Source: Owenweeksia sp. (GTDB lineage: Bacteria > Bacteroidota > Bacteroidia > Flavobacteriales > Schleiferiaceae). From it: DNA of 64,000 bases. Positions 21,159 through 31,103 of the stretch are shown piece after piece. The stretch covers positions 65,453-129,452 of the forward strand of contig JBLWXT010000011.1 of assembly GCA_048267305.1 (NCBI GenBank), read 5' to 3'. The position numbers and the translations under genes were made by a program. The notes beneath the pieces were generated by a model. It worked only from the letters and a program-made list of their open reading frames with translations. It was not told where the DNA came from and did no database searches. Every line of letters starts with the position of its first letter. The first letter of the stretch is position 1.

Positions 21159-24100
21159 TCATTCAGGAAGTTCATCACCCATATAAGGAGCCCCGGCTTT
21201 TGTGAGTTTTATCTGTATTTCTCCTGCCTTGTCGGCAATGGCTTTCACCTTGGTTCTTAATTCAGTAAATTCCTCTTTGGCAATTTCCAGATTTGTTTTT
21301 TGGTTGCCAGTGGGCGCTCCCGTTGTTCGGAAAGAGTTCCATACCACTGTACCTAATCTATCCATTAAAGATGGTGGAGTTTCAAAATCGCGTTTGGCAA
21401 GAGATGCATCACCATGAAGCTCTATTTGGATTTGAGTCATTTCAGCTTCAAGCATCCTGAGGCTGTCAAGTATTGAAATCGCTATTCCCGGGGTGTTTCG
21501 CGATGCCGCTTTAAGGGCTTCGATTTTGGTGTTCAGATGATCGACATAATTATCTAAACCCTGAATTTTTCTATTTACTTGCTCTATTTCTCTTTGAAAT
21601 GCCAACAGTTCTTCTTTGTTTTCGGCCAACAGAGTATTGTTGTTTAACCATTTCATCTTGAAATTTTTTGGACCTGACAGTTCCGACAGTTTTCCATTTT
21701 CACTAAGAAACAGGCTTACGGAGTATTCTCCCGGTAAGGCAAGGTTGGCCGATCCGGCACTTGTAAGCGGTGCTCCGTTTTCGCTTAAATAGGCTACTGA
21801 ACTATATGTTCCATCCCATGTAACTCTATTGATTCCTGAGGAAACTTCCTTGGTAAATCGCTTAATTTCATTCCCATCCTTATCCTTAATAACAAACAGG
21901 AGGTAACTCTTTTCCTCGTTGTCTTCAGCTCGAAGGCTTTCCTTGGCAGGATAGGGGATAGCAGCATTGTTTTTTGCCAGTTCCTTCTCCTTTTCCCTGC
22001 GTTGGTCGGCTATTGATTTTGGAACATCCTTTAGATAATATGTAATTGTGGTTCCGGTTGGAGGATTTTCAGCAGAGTAGTAAGAGGCGCCCTGAAAGCC
22101 AGTGCTTCCATAGCCCAAAGGCTGTGCTTCCATAAATACCAGTCCATCCTTGATATCAAAAATATGGACATCTTTTTCCAGCGTTTTATTGTTGATTTCC
22201 CGTAAGGGTGAATAATCATCCAATACATAAAAGCTACGGCCAAAGCTCGCCAGTACAAGGTCGTTCTCACGCTTTTGGATGTCCATATCGCGAATGGCTA
22301 TGGTTGGAATACCGGCTTTTAGCTGTGTCCAGTTTTGACCGCCATCCACTGTAAAGAAAACTCCAAATTCAGTTCCTGCAAAGAGTAAATCCTTATTTAT
22401 ATGGTCTTGCCTTACGCTGAATACTGCACCATGGGCAGGAAGATTTGCGTGAATGCTTTTCCAGCTTTTACCTTTGTCAGTACTCTTTGAAATGTAAGGC
22501 TTGAAGTCTCCATTTTTATGATTGTTGAATACGGCAAAAACTGTGTTCTCATCAAATAATGAGGCTAATACCTGATTTACATAGGTGTTTTTGGGGATGC
22601 CGGGAAAGCTTGATTGTTTTCTCCAGTTTTTTCCACCGTCTTCAGTTACCTGTATAAGCCCATCATCTGTGCCAATGTATATCAGGCCTTCCTTCAAAGT
22701 TGATTCATCTAGAGCAACAATATTTCCGTATTGTGAAGTGGATTTATCGTAGGCAATGGCATCCACGCTTTGAACTTTTCCCATCACAGGTAGTTTATGG
22801 CGATCTATCTGTTGAGTGAGGTCATCGCTGATTTCGATCCACGAACTACCCATGTCCGTACTCTTGAAAACCTTATTGGCCGCGAAGTATAGTGTTTTAT
22901 GGTTATGTGGACTTATAAGCAAAGGAGCATCCCAGTTCCAGCGGTAGGCCGGAGCATCTTTTCCGGGCTCAGGTCTTATACCCACTTTTTCTCCACTTTT
23001 CTTGTCAAATCTGGATAAGTATCCATATTGAGCTTGGGCGTAAACAATATTAGGATCAATGGGGTCAATCTGACTTTCAAAACCATCGCCAGTGCTGGTA
23101 ACATACCAGTCAGAATTTACTATTCCACGGCTATTGATTGTTCTTGAAGGGCCACCAAGACTGAAGTTATCCTGTGTACCTCCATGTATATGGTAAAACG
23201 GTTCAGAATTATCAACTGTAACCCTGTAGAATTGTGTTACGGGTAAATTGGCCTTAAACTCCCAGTTTTCGGCATTGTCATAGGTTTCGTAAAGCCCACC
23301 ATCACAACCGGCAATCATTTGATTTGGATTTTCAGGATTTATCCATAGGCAATGGTTGTCCACATGCTTTAATTTTTCGGGAACTTTTTGCCAGCTTTTT
23401 CCACCATCCATGCTTACATGCAGCCATGTGTCCATACTGTAAACAATATCGGCATTGGCAGGGTGGGGTACTAATTCCACATAGTAGTTTCCGCTGGTGT
23501 TATATCCGTTTAGTTTTGAGAAAGATGCTCCACGATCGTCTGATCGATAGGTGCCATGACCTTCTATCATGGCATAAATGCGATCAGGATCAGAAGATGG
23601 GATAGCCAAGGCAATTCGGCCTTTATCACCAGCAGGAATTCCGCTTTCAAGCTTTTTCCAGTTTTTGCCGCCATCTATACTTTTATATAAAGCAGATTCC
23701 GGCCCACCGCTTACGTAAGTCCAAACATGACGCCTGCGCTGATGGGCTGCTGCATATAGTACGTCTGGATTTCTGGGATCCATGTGGATCTCATTAAACC
23801 CTGTGTTTTCCGATACATTAAGAACCTTATCCCAGGTTTCCCCTCCATTGGTGGTTTTGTAAATCCCGCGATCTCCGCCACTGCTCCAAACCGGCCCAAC
23901 AGCAGCTACATATACTATGTTGGAGTTGTTTGGATGAACGGCAATCATACCGATGTGTTCGGAGTTTTTCAGTCCCATGTTTTTCCAGGAACTTCCTCCG
24001 TCTTCTGATTTGTATACGCCATCACCATAGGCTACGCTGCGTTGGCCGTTGTTTTCTCCGGTGCCCACCCATATTACGTTTTCATTATTGGGATCAATGG

Positions 24101-24386
24101 TTACACAGCCAATGGAGTAGGAGCCCTGGCTATCAAAAATGGGTTGAAAGGTGCTGCCGTGATTAGTGGTTTTCCAAACACCACCACTGGCTACCGCTAC
24201 ATAGTATTCGCTAAAATCATTTGGATTTACCGCCAGGTCTGCAATGCGGCCAGAGGTTAATGCAGGACCAACACTTCTGAATTTCATCCCGGCTAAGGAG
24301 GTTTTTTCGAGCAGGGTCTTTTTGTCTTCCTGTGCTCCCAATGTTAGCACTGAGAGGGAAATAATAGCAATAAATAATTTTTTCAT
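21159..24386 (-). CDS. BNR/Asp-box repeat (sortilin/VPS10-like) secreted protein
   Basis: 1075 aa with a signal peptide and at least 8 Asp-box motifs S/T-x-D-x-G-x-x-W (SEDGGSSW, TNGGETW, SIDGGKNW, SMDGGKSW, STDMGSSW, TEDGGKNW, STDKGKSW, TVDGGQNW). The C-terminal ~200 aa look like coiled coil. Confidence 0.85.
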   Translation of the reverse strand: MKKLFIAIISLSVLTLGAQEDKKTLLEKTSLAGMKFRSVGPALTSGRIADLAVNPNDFSEYYVAVASGGVWKTTNHGSTFQPIFDSQGSYSIGCVTIDPNNENVIWVGTGENNGQRSVAYGDGVYKSEDGGSSWKNMGLKNSEHIGMIAVHPNNSNIVYVAAVGPVWSSGGDRGIYKTTNGGETWDKVLNVSENTGFNEIHMDPRNPDVLYAAAHQRRRHVWTYVSGGPESALYKSIDGGKNWKKLESGIPAGDKGRIALAIPSSDPDRIYAMIEGHGTYRSDDRGASFSKLNGYNTSGNYYVELVPHPANADIVYSMDTWLHVSMDGGKSWQKVPEKLKHVDNHCLWINPENPNQMIAGCDGGLYETYDNAENWEFKANLPVTQFYRVTVDNSEPFYHIHGGTQDNFSLGGPSRTINSRGIVNSDWYVTSTGDGFESQIDPIDPNIVYAQAQYGYLSRFDKKSGEKVGIRPEPGKDAPAYRWNWDAPLLISPHNHKTLYFAANKVFKSTDMGSSWIEISDDLTQQIDRHKLPVMGKVQSVDAIAYDKSTSQYGNIVALDESTLKEGLIYIGTDDGLIQVTEDGGKNWRKQSSFPGIPKNTYVNQVLASLFDENTVFAVFNNHKNGDFKPYISKSTDKGKSWKSIHANLPAHGAVFSVRQDHINKDLLFAGTEFGVFFTVDGGQNWTQLKAGIPTIAIRDMDIQKRENDLVLASFGRSFYVLDDYSPLREINNKTLEKDVHIFDIKDGLVFMEAQPLGYGSTGFQGASYYSAENPPTGTTITYYLKDVPKSIADQRREKEKELAKNNAAIPYPAKESLRAEDNEEKSYLLFVIKDKDGNEIKRFTKEVSSGINRVTWDGTYSSVAYLSENGAPLTSAGSANLALPGEYSVSLFLSENGKLSELSGPKNFKMKWLNNNTLLAENKEELLAFQREIEQVNRKIQGLDNYVDHLNTKIEALKAASRNTPGIAISILDSLRMLEAEMTQIQIELHGDASLAKRDFETPPSLMDRLGTVVWNSFRTTGAPTGNQKTNLEIAKEEFTELRTKVKAIADKAGEIQIKLTKAGAPYMGDELPE

Positions 24387-24411
24387 GATTTGGATTTGAA
24401 ACGGTGGTGTT

Positions 24412-24419
24412 CAAATGTA
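24412..24419 (-). promoter_or_regulatory. Candidate -7 promoter box (TACATTTG) for the BNR-repeat gene
   Basis: Exact TAnnTTTG, 26-33 nt upstream of the ATG and just downstream of the preceding terminator. Confidence 0.45.
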
Positions 24420-24444
24420 AGGTTGAATCTGCAATAAGCCTAAA

Positions 24445-24478
24445 ACAAAAAAAGCGGGCCCTTTTGAAGTACCCGCTT
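24445..24478 (-). terminator. Rho-independent terminator of the low-complexity-lipoprotein/barrel operon
   Basis: The minus strand reads AGCGGG...loop...CCCGCT followed by T8-9. Confidence 0.75.
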
Positions 24479-24500
24479 TTGGAATGGAATATTTTAAGCT

Positions 24501-26009
24501 TTAGAAGCTGAGGTTGAAACCTAAAACCACGCTTCCCCTGGTGATGTCGTTTTGAACAAGAGCGCGGTCTATATTTGTGATTTCCTGATTCGATACGTTG
24601 TCGAATCCGTAGGCCAAATAAGGATGTGCCAAATATTTTTGTGAATATGCTGAGTGTACATAGGCAATATCAAATCCGAATCTTCCCTTTTTATAACCAA
24701 TCCCTCCTGTGTAAATATTTAGTGCCGTTTGATAATCTTGGGGACTGATAAAGTTTGAAGCTCGGTGTTGAGCTCCAGCCCTAAAGTAAATTGAACCTAA
24801 TCTAAGCTCACCACCTAATTTCAAGGCAATTGTAGATTCAGTGCTTGCTTGATAGTAATCTTCATCACCCTCGTAGTTAGCATTGTTTTTACCGTTTATG
24901 GTTGTTTTTGATGGATTTGTATATTCCATATCAGCACTAATAATTCCGTGTTTTCCAATCACAGTGGCAATACCGGCCCTTAAAATTGAAGGTGTACTTA
25001 CTCCATATCTGATGTCATCAAAAATGTACTCATTTCCAGCGAAGATGTCGCCACTTCTTGCGTAGCCATTTACCCTGCTAGTGTAAATTTCATTCACATT
25101 ATACCATGAAGGAGTTTGGTATGAGGCGCCTACTCTAAACCATTGTATCGGGCGAAAAATAAAGCCAACCTTAAGGTTGATGCCGTAAGCATCAACAGAA
25201 TTACTGCGAACCAAATCCACTGAATTGAAATAACTTGTGTCGGCAAAGCCTGATTCAGTTAAAGTTGTGGTATTGGTGTAGCTTAAGGATGGAATTCCGA
25301 TTCCCGCTCCCCAAGAAAAGGTTTTGCTAACGGCACCCCCAAAGTTTATGGCTATTTCACCTTTACTGCCGGTTTCTGAGTAGCGATAGTCAACATTTGA
25401 TTCGTTGTCCACAAAGTCAAACCCAATAACCCTGTCTCCATTATTTACGTCACGAAGCAATACATCGGCACTTGCGGCTGAAGCTTCATCAATTAAGCCT
25501 GCAGATTCCAGTTCAGCAACGGTAAAACCATTTGCAGCAGCCAGCCAATACTCACCTAGTGTAAATCCGGTTTCTAAGCCGCCATTGTTTACATAGGTAT
25601 TTACGCCCCCTACATTAAACGTGGTATTAAAATCAGCCATTCTGTTATAGCTAAGTCCAAAAAAGAATTTATCACTTGGACCAAACTTTTTTACCATGCC
25701 TATATTCTGGAATATTGGGTCAATGGTTTCATCACTTCTTGATTCATTTAAAAACATGGTTTTGTTCGTTTGCCCCTGAAAACCTAATGACAATCCAAAA
25801 TTATCCTTACGGTAAACAGAGCCTGCGGCAGGGTTGAGGTGAAGGGCGCTTAAGTCATTACCCAGTGCCATAAAGGCACCACCCATACCGACATATCTTG
25901 GGGATCCATAGAGGCCGGTTGTGTTTAAAAGATTTACGTTTTCGAGCGTTTGCGCTGTGGCCCCGTACCCCAAAAGGCTGAGGAAGGCTACTTTTAAAAT
26001 GTTTTTCAT
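24501..26009 (-). CDS. Outer-membrane beta-barrel protein (FadL/PorV-like, family uncertain)
   Basis: 502 aa with a signal peptide (GYGATAQ). It has an N-terminal motif GMGGAF.ALGND.SALHLNPAAG, an alternating aromatic/Gly beta-strand pattern throughout, and a C-terminal ...LGFNLSF. Confidence 0.7.
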   Translation of the reverse strand: MKNILKVAFLSLLGYGATAQTLENVNLLNTTGLYGSPRYVGMGGAFMALGNDLSALHLNPAAGSVYRKDNFGLSLGFQGQTNKTMFLNESRSDETIDPIFQNIGMVKKFGPSDKFFFGLSYNRMADFNTTFNVGGVNTYVNNGGLETGFTLGEYWLAAANGFTVAELESAGLIDEASAASADVLLRDVNNGDRVIGFDFVDNESNVDYRYSETGSKGEIAINFGGAVSKTFSWGAGIGIPSLSYTNTTTLTESGFADTSYFNSVDLVRSNSVDAYGINLKVGFIFRPIQWFRVGASYQTPSWYNVNEIYTSRVNGYARSGDIFAGNEYIFDDIRYGVSTPSILRAGIATVIGKHGIISADMEYTNPSKTTINGKNNANYEGDEDYYQASTESTIALKLGGELRLGSIYFRAGAQHRASNFISPQDYQTALNIYTGGIGYKKGRFGFDIAYVHSAYSQKYLAHPYLAYGFDNVSNQEITNIDRALVQNDITRGSVVLGFNLSF

Positions 26010-26030
26010 GTTTCGTTTTCTATGCGTTTA

Positions 26031-27467
26031 TCATCTTCTACTACCACCTGATGAGCGACTTGGAGTACTGCTTCTGCCACCACTACTTGAAGGGGTGGTA
26101 CTTCTGCTTGGCGTAGTAGAAGATGGCGTGTAACTTCTGCTGGGTGTAGAAGAGGAAGGTGTGTAACTTCTACTGGGTGTGCTTGATCGAGAAGGCGTTG
26201 TGCTTCTTGATGGAGTGCTTGAAGGTGTATATGACCTGCTTGGAGTGCTATTGCTGGGAGTGGTGGTCCTGGCAGGAGTAGTGCTCCGTGAAGGTGTAGT
26301 AGTTCTTGAAGGTGTATAGTTTTGATTGCGCTGATCAGAAGGCACATATATATTCTGGCTTCTTGGGCTGGTGTTTGTTCTGGTATTACTCGAGGTGGGA
26401 GTGGTGCTTCTGTTGTAGTTTTCCTTAGAGTAGCTTCTGGTATTGGCTGCTCTGGAGTTGCTGCGTTGAGTTTCAACTTCCCTGGCTCTCGATTTATTTT
26501 CAGTTGCAACTGGCACTTGATTGCTTCTAGAGGTGGTGGCTCTGTTTCTAACCACGTCATAGCTATCACTTGTATATGTTCTTCCGGAACTGGTGCTTAC
26601 AGTTCTGCCCACAGGAGTATTTGCTCTTGCCGAAGATGTAGCTGTGGGTAAATTTCTGTCTGCAAACCTGGAGGCCGCTACAGCCTCTCTGTTAGCTACT
26701 GCACGAGAAGGATTTTGAGTAGATGTTCTGCCGGCTGTGCTTGTAACTCTCGAAATAGTTCTACCTGAGCCACCGCTATTGGTTGAGGTTTTTCTGGTAT
26801 TGGTATTTCTGTTGATTGAATTAAAGCTGTTTGTTCTGGATGCAGTAGATGCATTTCGAACATAAACTACATTTCTTCCTCCGTTATAATCATTATGTCC
26901 GCCAACGCTGCCGTGGTAATAGCCCTGATAGTAACCAGACCAGTAAGAGTTGTATCCGCCATAATATCCACCATAGTAGGGAGAGCCCCAGCCGTAATAA
27001 GGGGAACGCCATCCATAATATCCTCCATAGGCATAAGGTGAGTACCATGGGTCATAAAAGAAGGGATCGTAATAATATGGACTGCCCCAGCTGTATCCAA
27101 CGCTCATCCCAAAGCCTCCCCAACTGTTCCAGTATAAGCCTGTGTTATAACTAGGATATCTGTAGGATGGACTATAATAATTATTTACAATGGTTGTTCC
27201 ATTGCCTCCATCACTATAATTTGAGTTTTGAGGTGCATTGTCGTCAGGATTGTAGTAATCAAGATTTTCCGAACCATCGCCTGCATCGGGGTTTGTAGTG
27301 GTGGTTTCAGCCTTTTTTACATCATTTAGCGAAAAAGAACTATTACCATCCCTGTCGGGGTTGTAGTAAATTCCATCGTCATAGGAGTTATCGGCAACAG
27401 ACTTCGAGCTATTGCAGCTCACCGCAAAAAAAGCGATGGCAATTAAGGGGAGGATGTACTTTTTCAT
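26031..27467 (-). CDS. Low-complexity lipoprotein (Tyr/Gly/Trp-rich block, Ser/Thr/Arg/Asn-rich block, C-terminal TPSRS tandem repeats)
   Basis: This is the only frame with a lipoprotein signal (MKKYILPLIAIAFFAVSC). The stop lies 21 nt before the barrel gene start. An alternative ATG at 27479 would add 4 aa. Confidence 0.75.
   Translation of the reverse strand: MKKYILPLIAIAFFAVSCNSSKSVADNSYDDGIYYNPDRDGNSSFSLNDVKKAETTTTNPDAGDGSENLDYYNPDDNAPQNSNYSDGGNGTTIVNNYYSPSYRYPSYNTGLYWNSWGGFGMSVGYSWGSPYYYDPFFYDPWYSPYAYGGYYGWRSPYYGWGSPYYGGYYGGYNSYWSGYYQGYYHGSVGGHNDYNGGRNVVYVRNASTASRTNSFNSINRNTNTRKTSTNSGGSGRTISRVTSTAGRTSTQNPSRAVANREAVAASRFADRNLPTATSSARANTPVGRTVSTSSGRTYTSDSYDVVRNRATTSRSNQVPVATENKSRAREVETQRSNSRAANTRSYSKENYNRSTTPTSSNTRTNTSPRSQNIYVPSDQRNQNYTPSRTTTPSRSTTPARTTTPSNSTPSRSYTPSSTPSRSTTPSRSSTPSRSYTPSSSTPSRSYTPSSTTPSRSTTPSSSGGRSSTPSRSSGGSRR
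26052..26315 (-). repeat. Degenerate coding tandem repeat encoding (S/T)TPSRS(Y/T) units
   Basis: The translation TPSRTTTPSRSTTPARTTTPSNSTPSRSYTPSSTPSRSTTPSRSSTPSRSYTPSSSTPSRSYTPSSTTPSRSTTPSSSGGRSSTPSRS contains 7 exact TPSRS units plus variants. The DNA units are diverged. Confidence 0.8.
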
Positions 27468-27497
27468 AATGTATAACATTGAGGCTTTGAAAATAAT

Positions 27498-27505
27498 TAG
27501 CTTTG
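27498..27505 (+). promoter_or_regulatory. Candidate -7 promoter box (TAGCTTTG) for proS
   Basis: Exact TAnnTTTG, 43-50 nt upstream of the ATG at 27548. It overlaps the longer ORF-track start at 27503, which argues against that start. Confidence 0.45.
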
Positions 27506-27547
27506 TCCGCCCTTAAAATAACAAACTTTATACCAAGTAGAAATAAT

Positions 27548-29023
27548 ATGGCTAAAGATCTTACATCAAGAGGCGAGGATTACTCCAAGTGGTACAATGA
27601 ATTGGTTGTAAAAGCTGACCTTGCAGAAAACTCAGGCGTTCGCGGTAGTATGGTTATAAAACCCTACGGCTATGCCATTTGGGAGAAAATGCAGGCCGAG
27701 CTTGATCGCAAATTTAAAGCTACCGGACACGTTAACGCTTACTTCCCTCTTTTTATTCCTAAGTCATACTTCTCTAAGGAGGCATCCCATGTTGATGGCT
27801 TTGCCAAGGAGTGTGCTGTGGTAACTCACTATCGCCTTAAAAATGCAGAAGACGGCAGCGGGGTGGTTGTGGATGAAACAGCTAAGCTCGAAGAGGAACT
27901 TATCGTTCGCCCAACTTCTGAAACCATTATTTGGGATACTTATCGCAATTGGATTCAAAGCTATCGCGATTTACCCATACTTGTAAATCAATGGGCCAAT
28001 GTGGTGCGATGGGAAATGAGAACACGACTTTTTCTTCGTACTTCTGAATTTCTTTGGCAGGAAGGACATACAGCTCACGCTACCCGGCAGGAGGCTGTGG
28101 CTGAGGCAGAACAAATGCTGGAAGTTTATGCAGAATTTGCAGAAGATTTTATGGCCATGCCGGTGGTAAAAGGGGTGAAGAGTATTAATGAAAGATTTGC
28201 AGGTGCTCTTGAAACCTACTGTATTGAAGCTATGATGCAGGATGGTAAGGCATTGCAGGCCGGAACAAGTCACTTCTTAGGTCAAAATTTTGCCAAGGCT
28301 TTTGATGTGAAATTTGCCACCAAGGAAGGAACTCAGGAATATGTTTGGGCAACCTCATGGGGCGTGTCTACCAGATTGATGGGTGCCTTGGTGATGACTC
28401 ATTCTGATGATAATGGATTGGTGCTGCCTCCAAAACTTGCTCCTTTTCAAGTGGTGATTGTGCCTATATACAGAGGAGAGGAACAACTGCTGGAGATTTC
28501 CGCGAAAGCAAATGAGATAAAGGAAAAGCTTGAGGCAGCGGGGGTTTCTGTAAAGTATGACAACCGCGATACGCATAAGCCAGGCTGGAAGTTTAACGAA
28601 TATGAACTTAAAGGTGTGCCTTTGCGCATAGGCATCGGGCCACGCGACCTCCAGAATGGAACGGTAGAACTGGCAAGGCGCGACAACCTTACCAAAGAGG
28701 TGGTGCAGATGGAAGGTATTACCGAACTTATAAAGTCTAAGTTGGAGGATATTCAGGACAATTTATACAATAAGGCCAAAAAATTCCGTGATGAAAGCAC
28801 AAGACCAGCCAACAGCTGGGATGAGTTTACCGATCTTATAGAAAATACAGGTGGTTTTGTAGAGGCTCACTGGGATGGTACTGCTGAAACTGAAGACAAA
28901 ATCAAGGAGCTGACAAAGGCTACAATCCGTTGTATTCCTTTAGATGCCAAGCAGGAGGAAGGGAAGTGTATTCTTACCGGCAAACCGTCCTCACAAAGGG
29001 TGTTGTTTGCAAAAGCATATTGA
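27548..29023 (+). CDS. proS: Proline--tRNA ligase (archaeal/eukaryote-like type lacking the INS domain)
   Basis: About 491 aa. It begins [20 protein letters not shown] and has class II motifs plus a C-terminal ...RVLFAKAY. Confidence 0.95.
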   Translation: MAKDLTSRGEDYSKWYNELVVKADLAENSGVRGSMVIKPYGYAIWEKMQAELDRKFKATGHVNAYFPLFIPKSYFSKEASHVDGFAKECAVVTHYRLKNAEDGSGVVVDETAKLEEELIVRPTSETIIWDTYRNWIQSYRDLPILVNQWANVVRWEMRTRLFLRTSEFLWQEGHTAHATRQEAVAEAEQMLEVYAEFAEDFMAMPVVKGVKSINERFAGALETYCIEAMMQDGKALQAGTSHFLGQNFAKAFDVKFATKEGTQEYVWATSWGVSTRLMGALVMTHSDDNGLVLPPKLAPFQVVIVPIYRGEEQLLEISAKANEIKEKLEAAGVSVKYDNRDTHKPGWKFNEYELKGVPLRIGIGPRDLQNGTVELARRDNLTKEVVQMEGITELIKSKLEDIQDNLYNKAKKFRDESTRPANSWDEFTDLIENTGGFVEAHWDGTAETEDKIKELTKATIRCIPLDAKQEEGKCILTGKPSSQRVLFAKAY

Positions 29024-29026
29024 TAT

Positions 29027-29719
29027 ATGGAAAAGAAAGGAAAGTGTAACTCAAGGGTATTAGAGCTTCTTACTCACAAGGCGTCTATAAAACAGGAGAT
29101 ATTCAGAAAAGGTAAGGACTACTTCAAAAGCCTAAAGAAAATTGGAGAGCAGATAGCAGCTGAACTGGATTGTGAGGTTTGTGAGGTGGATGATGCGGTG
29201 AAGATTTCCTATAAGGATGAAGGTACTTTTGAGTTTGAGCTTCAGTTTGGTGGAGACATCCTTCTTTTCAATATGCACACCAATGTATTCACTTTTGAAA
29301 AGGATCATAATATATATCGTACGGGCTATGTGCGCGAAGATGGTGACAGGGCGTATTTCTGTATGATTAACATTTATAACTTTTTGGCAGATAGCCTTAG
29401 GTATAACAGGACGGAAGATGAGGGAGTGTTGCTTGGCAGAATATTCATAAACAGGGAAGGTCACTTTTTTGTGGAAGGCCCTAAGCGGATAGGTTTTCTG
29501 TTTAATCATCTGGCAACACAGGTGGCCAATGAAGAATCTTTACGAAAAATTGTAGATGCCGCGATGGTCTATAGCCTGGAGTATGACTTAACGGTTCCTG
29601 ATTACAGATCCGTTATGCAGGTGAGTGTGAGGCAGGTACAGGCGATGAGCGATGAACTTCAGTTAAAGACAGCCAAGAAGGTAGAGTTGGGGTACTACAG
29701 CCGAATGCAGAAAGATTGA
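29027..29719 (+). CDS. Hypothetical protein (230 aa), probably co-transcribed with proS
   Basis: The ORF is long and non-repetitive and starts 3 nt after the proS stop. I recognise no family. Confidence 0.6.
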   Translation: MEKKGKCNSRVLELLTHKASIKQEIFRKGKDYFKSLKKIGEQIAAELDCEVCEVDDAVKISYKDEGTFEFELQFGGDILLFNMHTNVFTFEKDHNIYRTGYVREDGDRAYFCMINIYNFLADSLRYNRTEDEGVLLGRIFINREGHFFVEGPKRIGFLFNHLATQVANEESLRKIVDAAMVYSLEYDLTVPDYRSVMQVSVRQVQAMSDELQLKTAKKVELGYYSRMQKD

Positions 29720-29760
29720 AAAATTTTTATTCAAGTATTTGGAGGTTTTAATTTTTGATT

Positions 29761-29768
29761 TACATTTG
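29761..29768 (+). promoter_or_regulatory. Candidate -7 promoter box (TACATTTG) for tRNA-Glu/rpsT
   Basis: Exact TAnnTTTG, 31 nt upstream of the tRNA 5' end. Confidence 0.45.
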
Positions 29769-29798
29769 CACTCCCTTAAAACAAAGGGAAATAAATAT

Positions 29799-29870
29799 GG
29801 CCCCTTCGTCTATCGGTTAGGACGCTAGGTTTTCATCCTAGAAAGAGGAGTTCGACTCTCCTAGGGGCTG
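29799..29870 (+). tRNA. tRNA-Glu (anticodon UUC)
   Basis: The cloverleaf folds by hand. Acceptor GGCCCCT/AGGGGCT, anticodon stem CTAGG/CCTAG with loop TTTTCAT (anticodon TTC), T-arm GGAGTTCGACTCTCC. CCA is not encoded. Confidence 0.9.
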
Positions 29871-29889
29871 CAAGATTTTAGAAAAGACT

Positions 29890-30138
29890 ATGGCAAATCA
29901 CAAGAGTGCTTTAAAAAGAGTAAGATCAGACGAAAAGAAACGTGATCGTAATCGTTACCAGCATAAGACTACCCGTAACGCTATCCGCGAAATTCGTGGA
30001 GAAGAAAACAAGGAAGAAGCTTCTAAAAAGCTTTCCAGCGTGTTTTCAATGATTGACAAGCTTGCTAAGAAAAACATCATCCACAAAAACAAGGCAGCCA
30101 ACCTGAAGTCTAGCTTGGCGAAGCATGTGAGTGCATAA
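29890..30138 (+). CDS. rpsT: 30S ribosomal protein S20
   Basis: 82 aa, starting MANHKSALKRVRSDEKKR... with a basic helical composition. Confidence 0.95.
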   Translation: MANHKSALKRVRSDEKKRDRNRYQHKTTRNAIREIRGEENKEEASKKLSSVFSMIDKLAKKNIIHKNKAANLKSSLAKHVSA

Positions 30139-30161
30139 GAAATTAGTTAAACAATTATAAG

Positions 30162-30196
30162 AACCCCTGTGGAATTATTTCCTCAGGGGTTTTTTC
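30162..30196 (+). terminator. Rho-independent terminator after rpsT
   Basis: AACCCCTG-loop-CAGGGGTT followed by T5. Confidence 0.8.
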
Positions 30197-30203
30197 GTTT
30201 CCA

Positions 30204-31103
30204 TCACTTTAGTAAATCTTCCAATGCACTTTTAAGATCCTTAAAGCGATACTCAAAGCCCGCATCACTGATTTTTTTATTACTCACCTTATTGCTGTTT
30301 ACCACCATTTGAGCCATGTCACCAAGAATTAACTTTAATATTGCCTTGGGTATAGGCGGCAAAAACATGGGTTTGCCTAATACACGAGCTGTGGCTTTGG
30401 TAAGTTCAGTGTTGGTAACGTTATCTGGTCCCACGGCATTATAAACTCCGCTGAGGTTTTGATTTTCTGCTACAAATACAAATATTCCGGCCACATCCTG
30501 CAGGTGTATCCAGGGCATCCATTGTTTACCGCTGCCTAAAGGGGCGCCCAATCCAAACTTTATGGGCCTGGCAATTTGAGGTAGTGCGCCACCCTCGTTG
30601 CTTAGTACTATGCCTATTCGGCATCTGGCGGTGCGTATACCCAGGTTTTTAAAATGTATTACTTCCTGTTCCCACTTTTGGCAAACCAGCGATAAGAAAT
30701 CATTGCCGGGAGCACACTCCTCTGTAAATTCCTTTTGAAAATTATGGGGATAGTAGCCAACTGCGCTTGCCGAAATAAAACTTTTTACCGGAAAACTGTT
30801 TTTCTGTATTGTGGTAAAGAGTAATCTTATAGAATCTACCCGGCTACGGATGATTTCACTTTTATAGGCGGGTGTCCACCTTGCATTGATGGGAGATCCT
30901 GCAAGGTTTATAACGGTATCAACTCCATTAAGGGCAGTCTTATCCAAGGTGCCTTTATCAGTATCCCATTGGTACTCCTTTATGTTTAATGAGTTTTGCG
31001 AAGGATGCCGTGATAGCCAAACCACATCATGTCCCTTTTCCAATAATTGCTTCGAAATTTCTCTTCCGATGAGGCCACTGCCCCCGGTGATAAGTACCTT
31101 CAT
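30204..31103 (-). CDS. TIGR01777/YfcH-like NAD-dependent epimerase family protein (SDR39U1-like)
   Basis: Rossmann motif MKVLITGGSGLIG and a DUF1731-like C-terminus. I prefer the ATG at 31103 over 31118. Confidence 0.85.
   Translation of the reverse strand: MKVLITGGSGLIGREISKQLLEKGHDVVWLSRHPSQNSLNIKEYQWDTDKGTLDKTALNGVDTVINLAGSPINARWTPAYKSEIIRSRVDSIRLLFTTIQKNSFPVKSFISASAVGYYPHNFQKEFTEECAPGNDFLSLVCQKWEQEVIHFKNLGIRTARCRIGIVLSNEGGALPQIARPIKFGLGAPLGSGKQWMPWIHLQDVAGIFVFVAENQNLSGVYNAVGPDNVTNTELTKATARVLGKPMFLPPIPKAILKLILGDMAQMVVNSNKVSNKKISDAGFEYRFKDLKSALEDLLK

Noticed and set aside
26052-26315. Tandem repetitive DNA considered as a possible CRISPR array or VNTR.
   Set aside because: The units are short (about 15-27 nt), diverged at the DNA level, have no unique spacers, and are in frame within a CDS. 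This is a coding peptide repeat and not a CRISPR array.
26006-26569. 187-aa minus-strand ORF in another frame, plus several plus-strand ORFs (26322-26651, 26849-27154), inside the low-complexity gene.
   Set aside because: Repetitive, compositionally biased DNA keeps several frames open. Only the 26031-27467 frame has a lipoprotein signal peptide and operon-consistent spacing.
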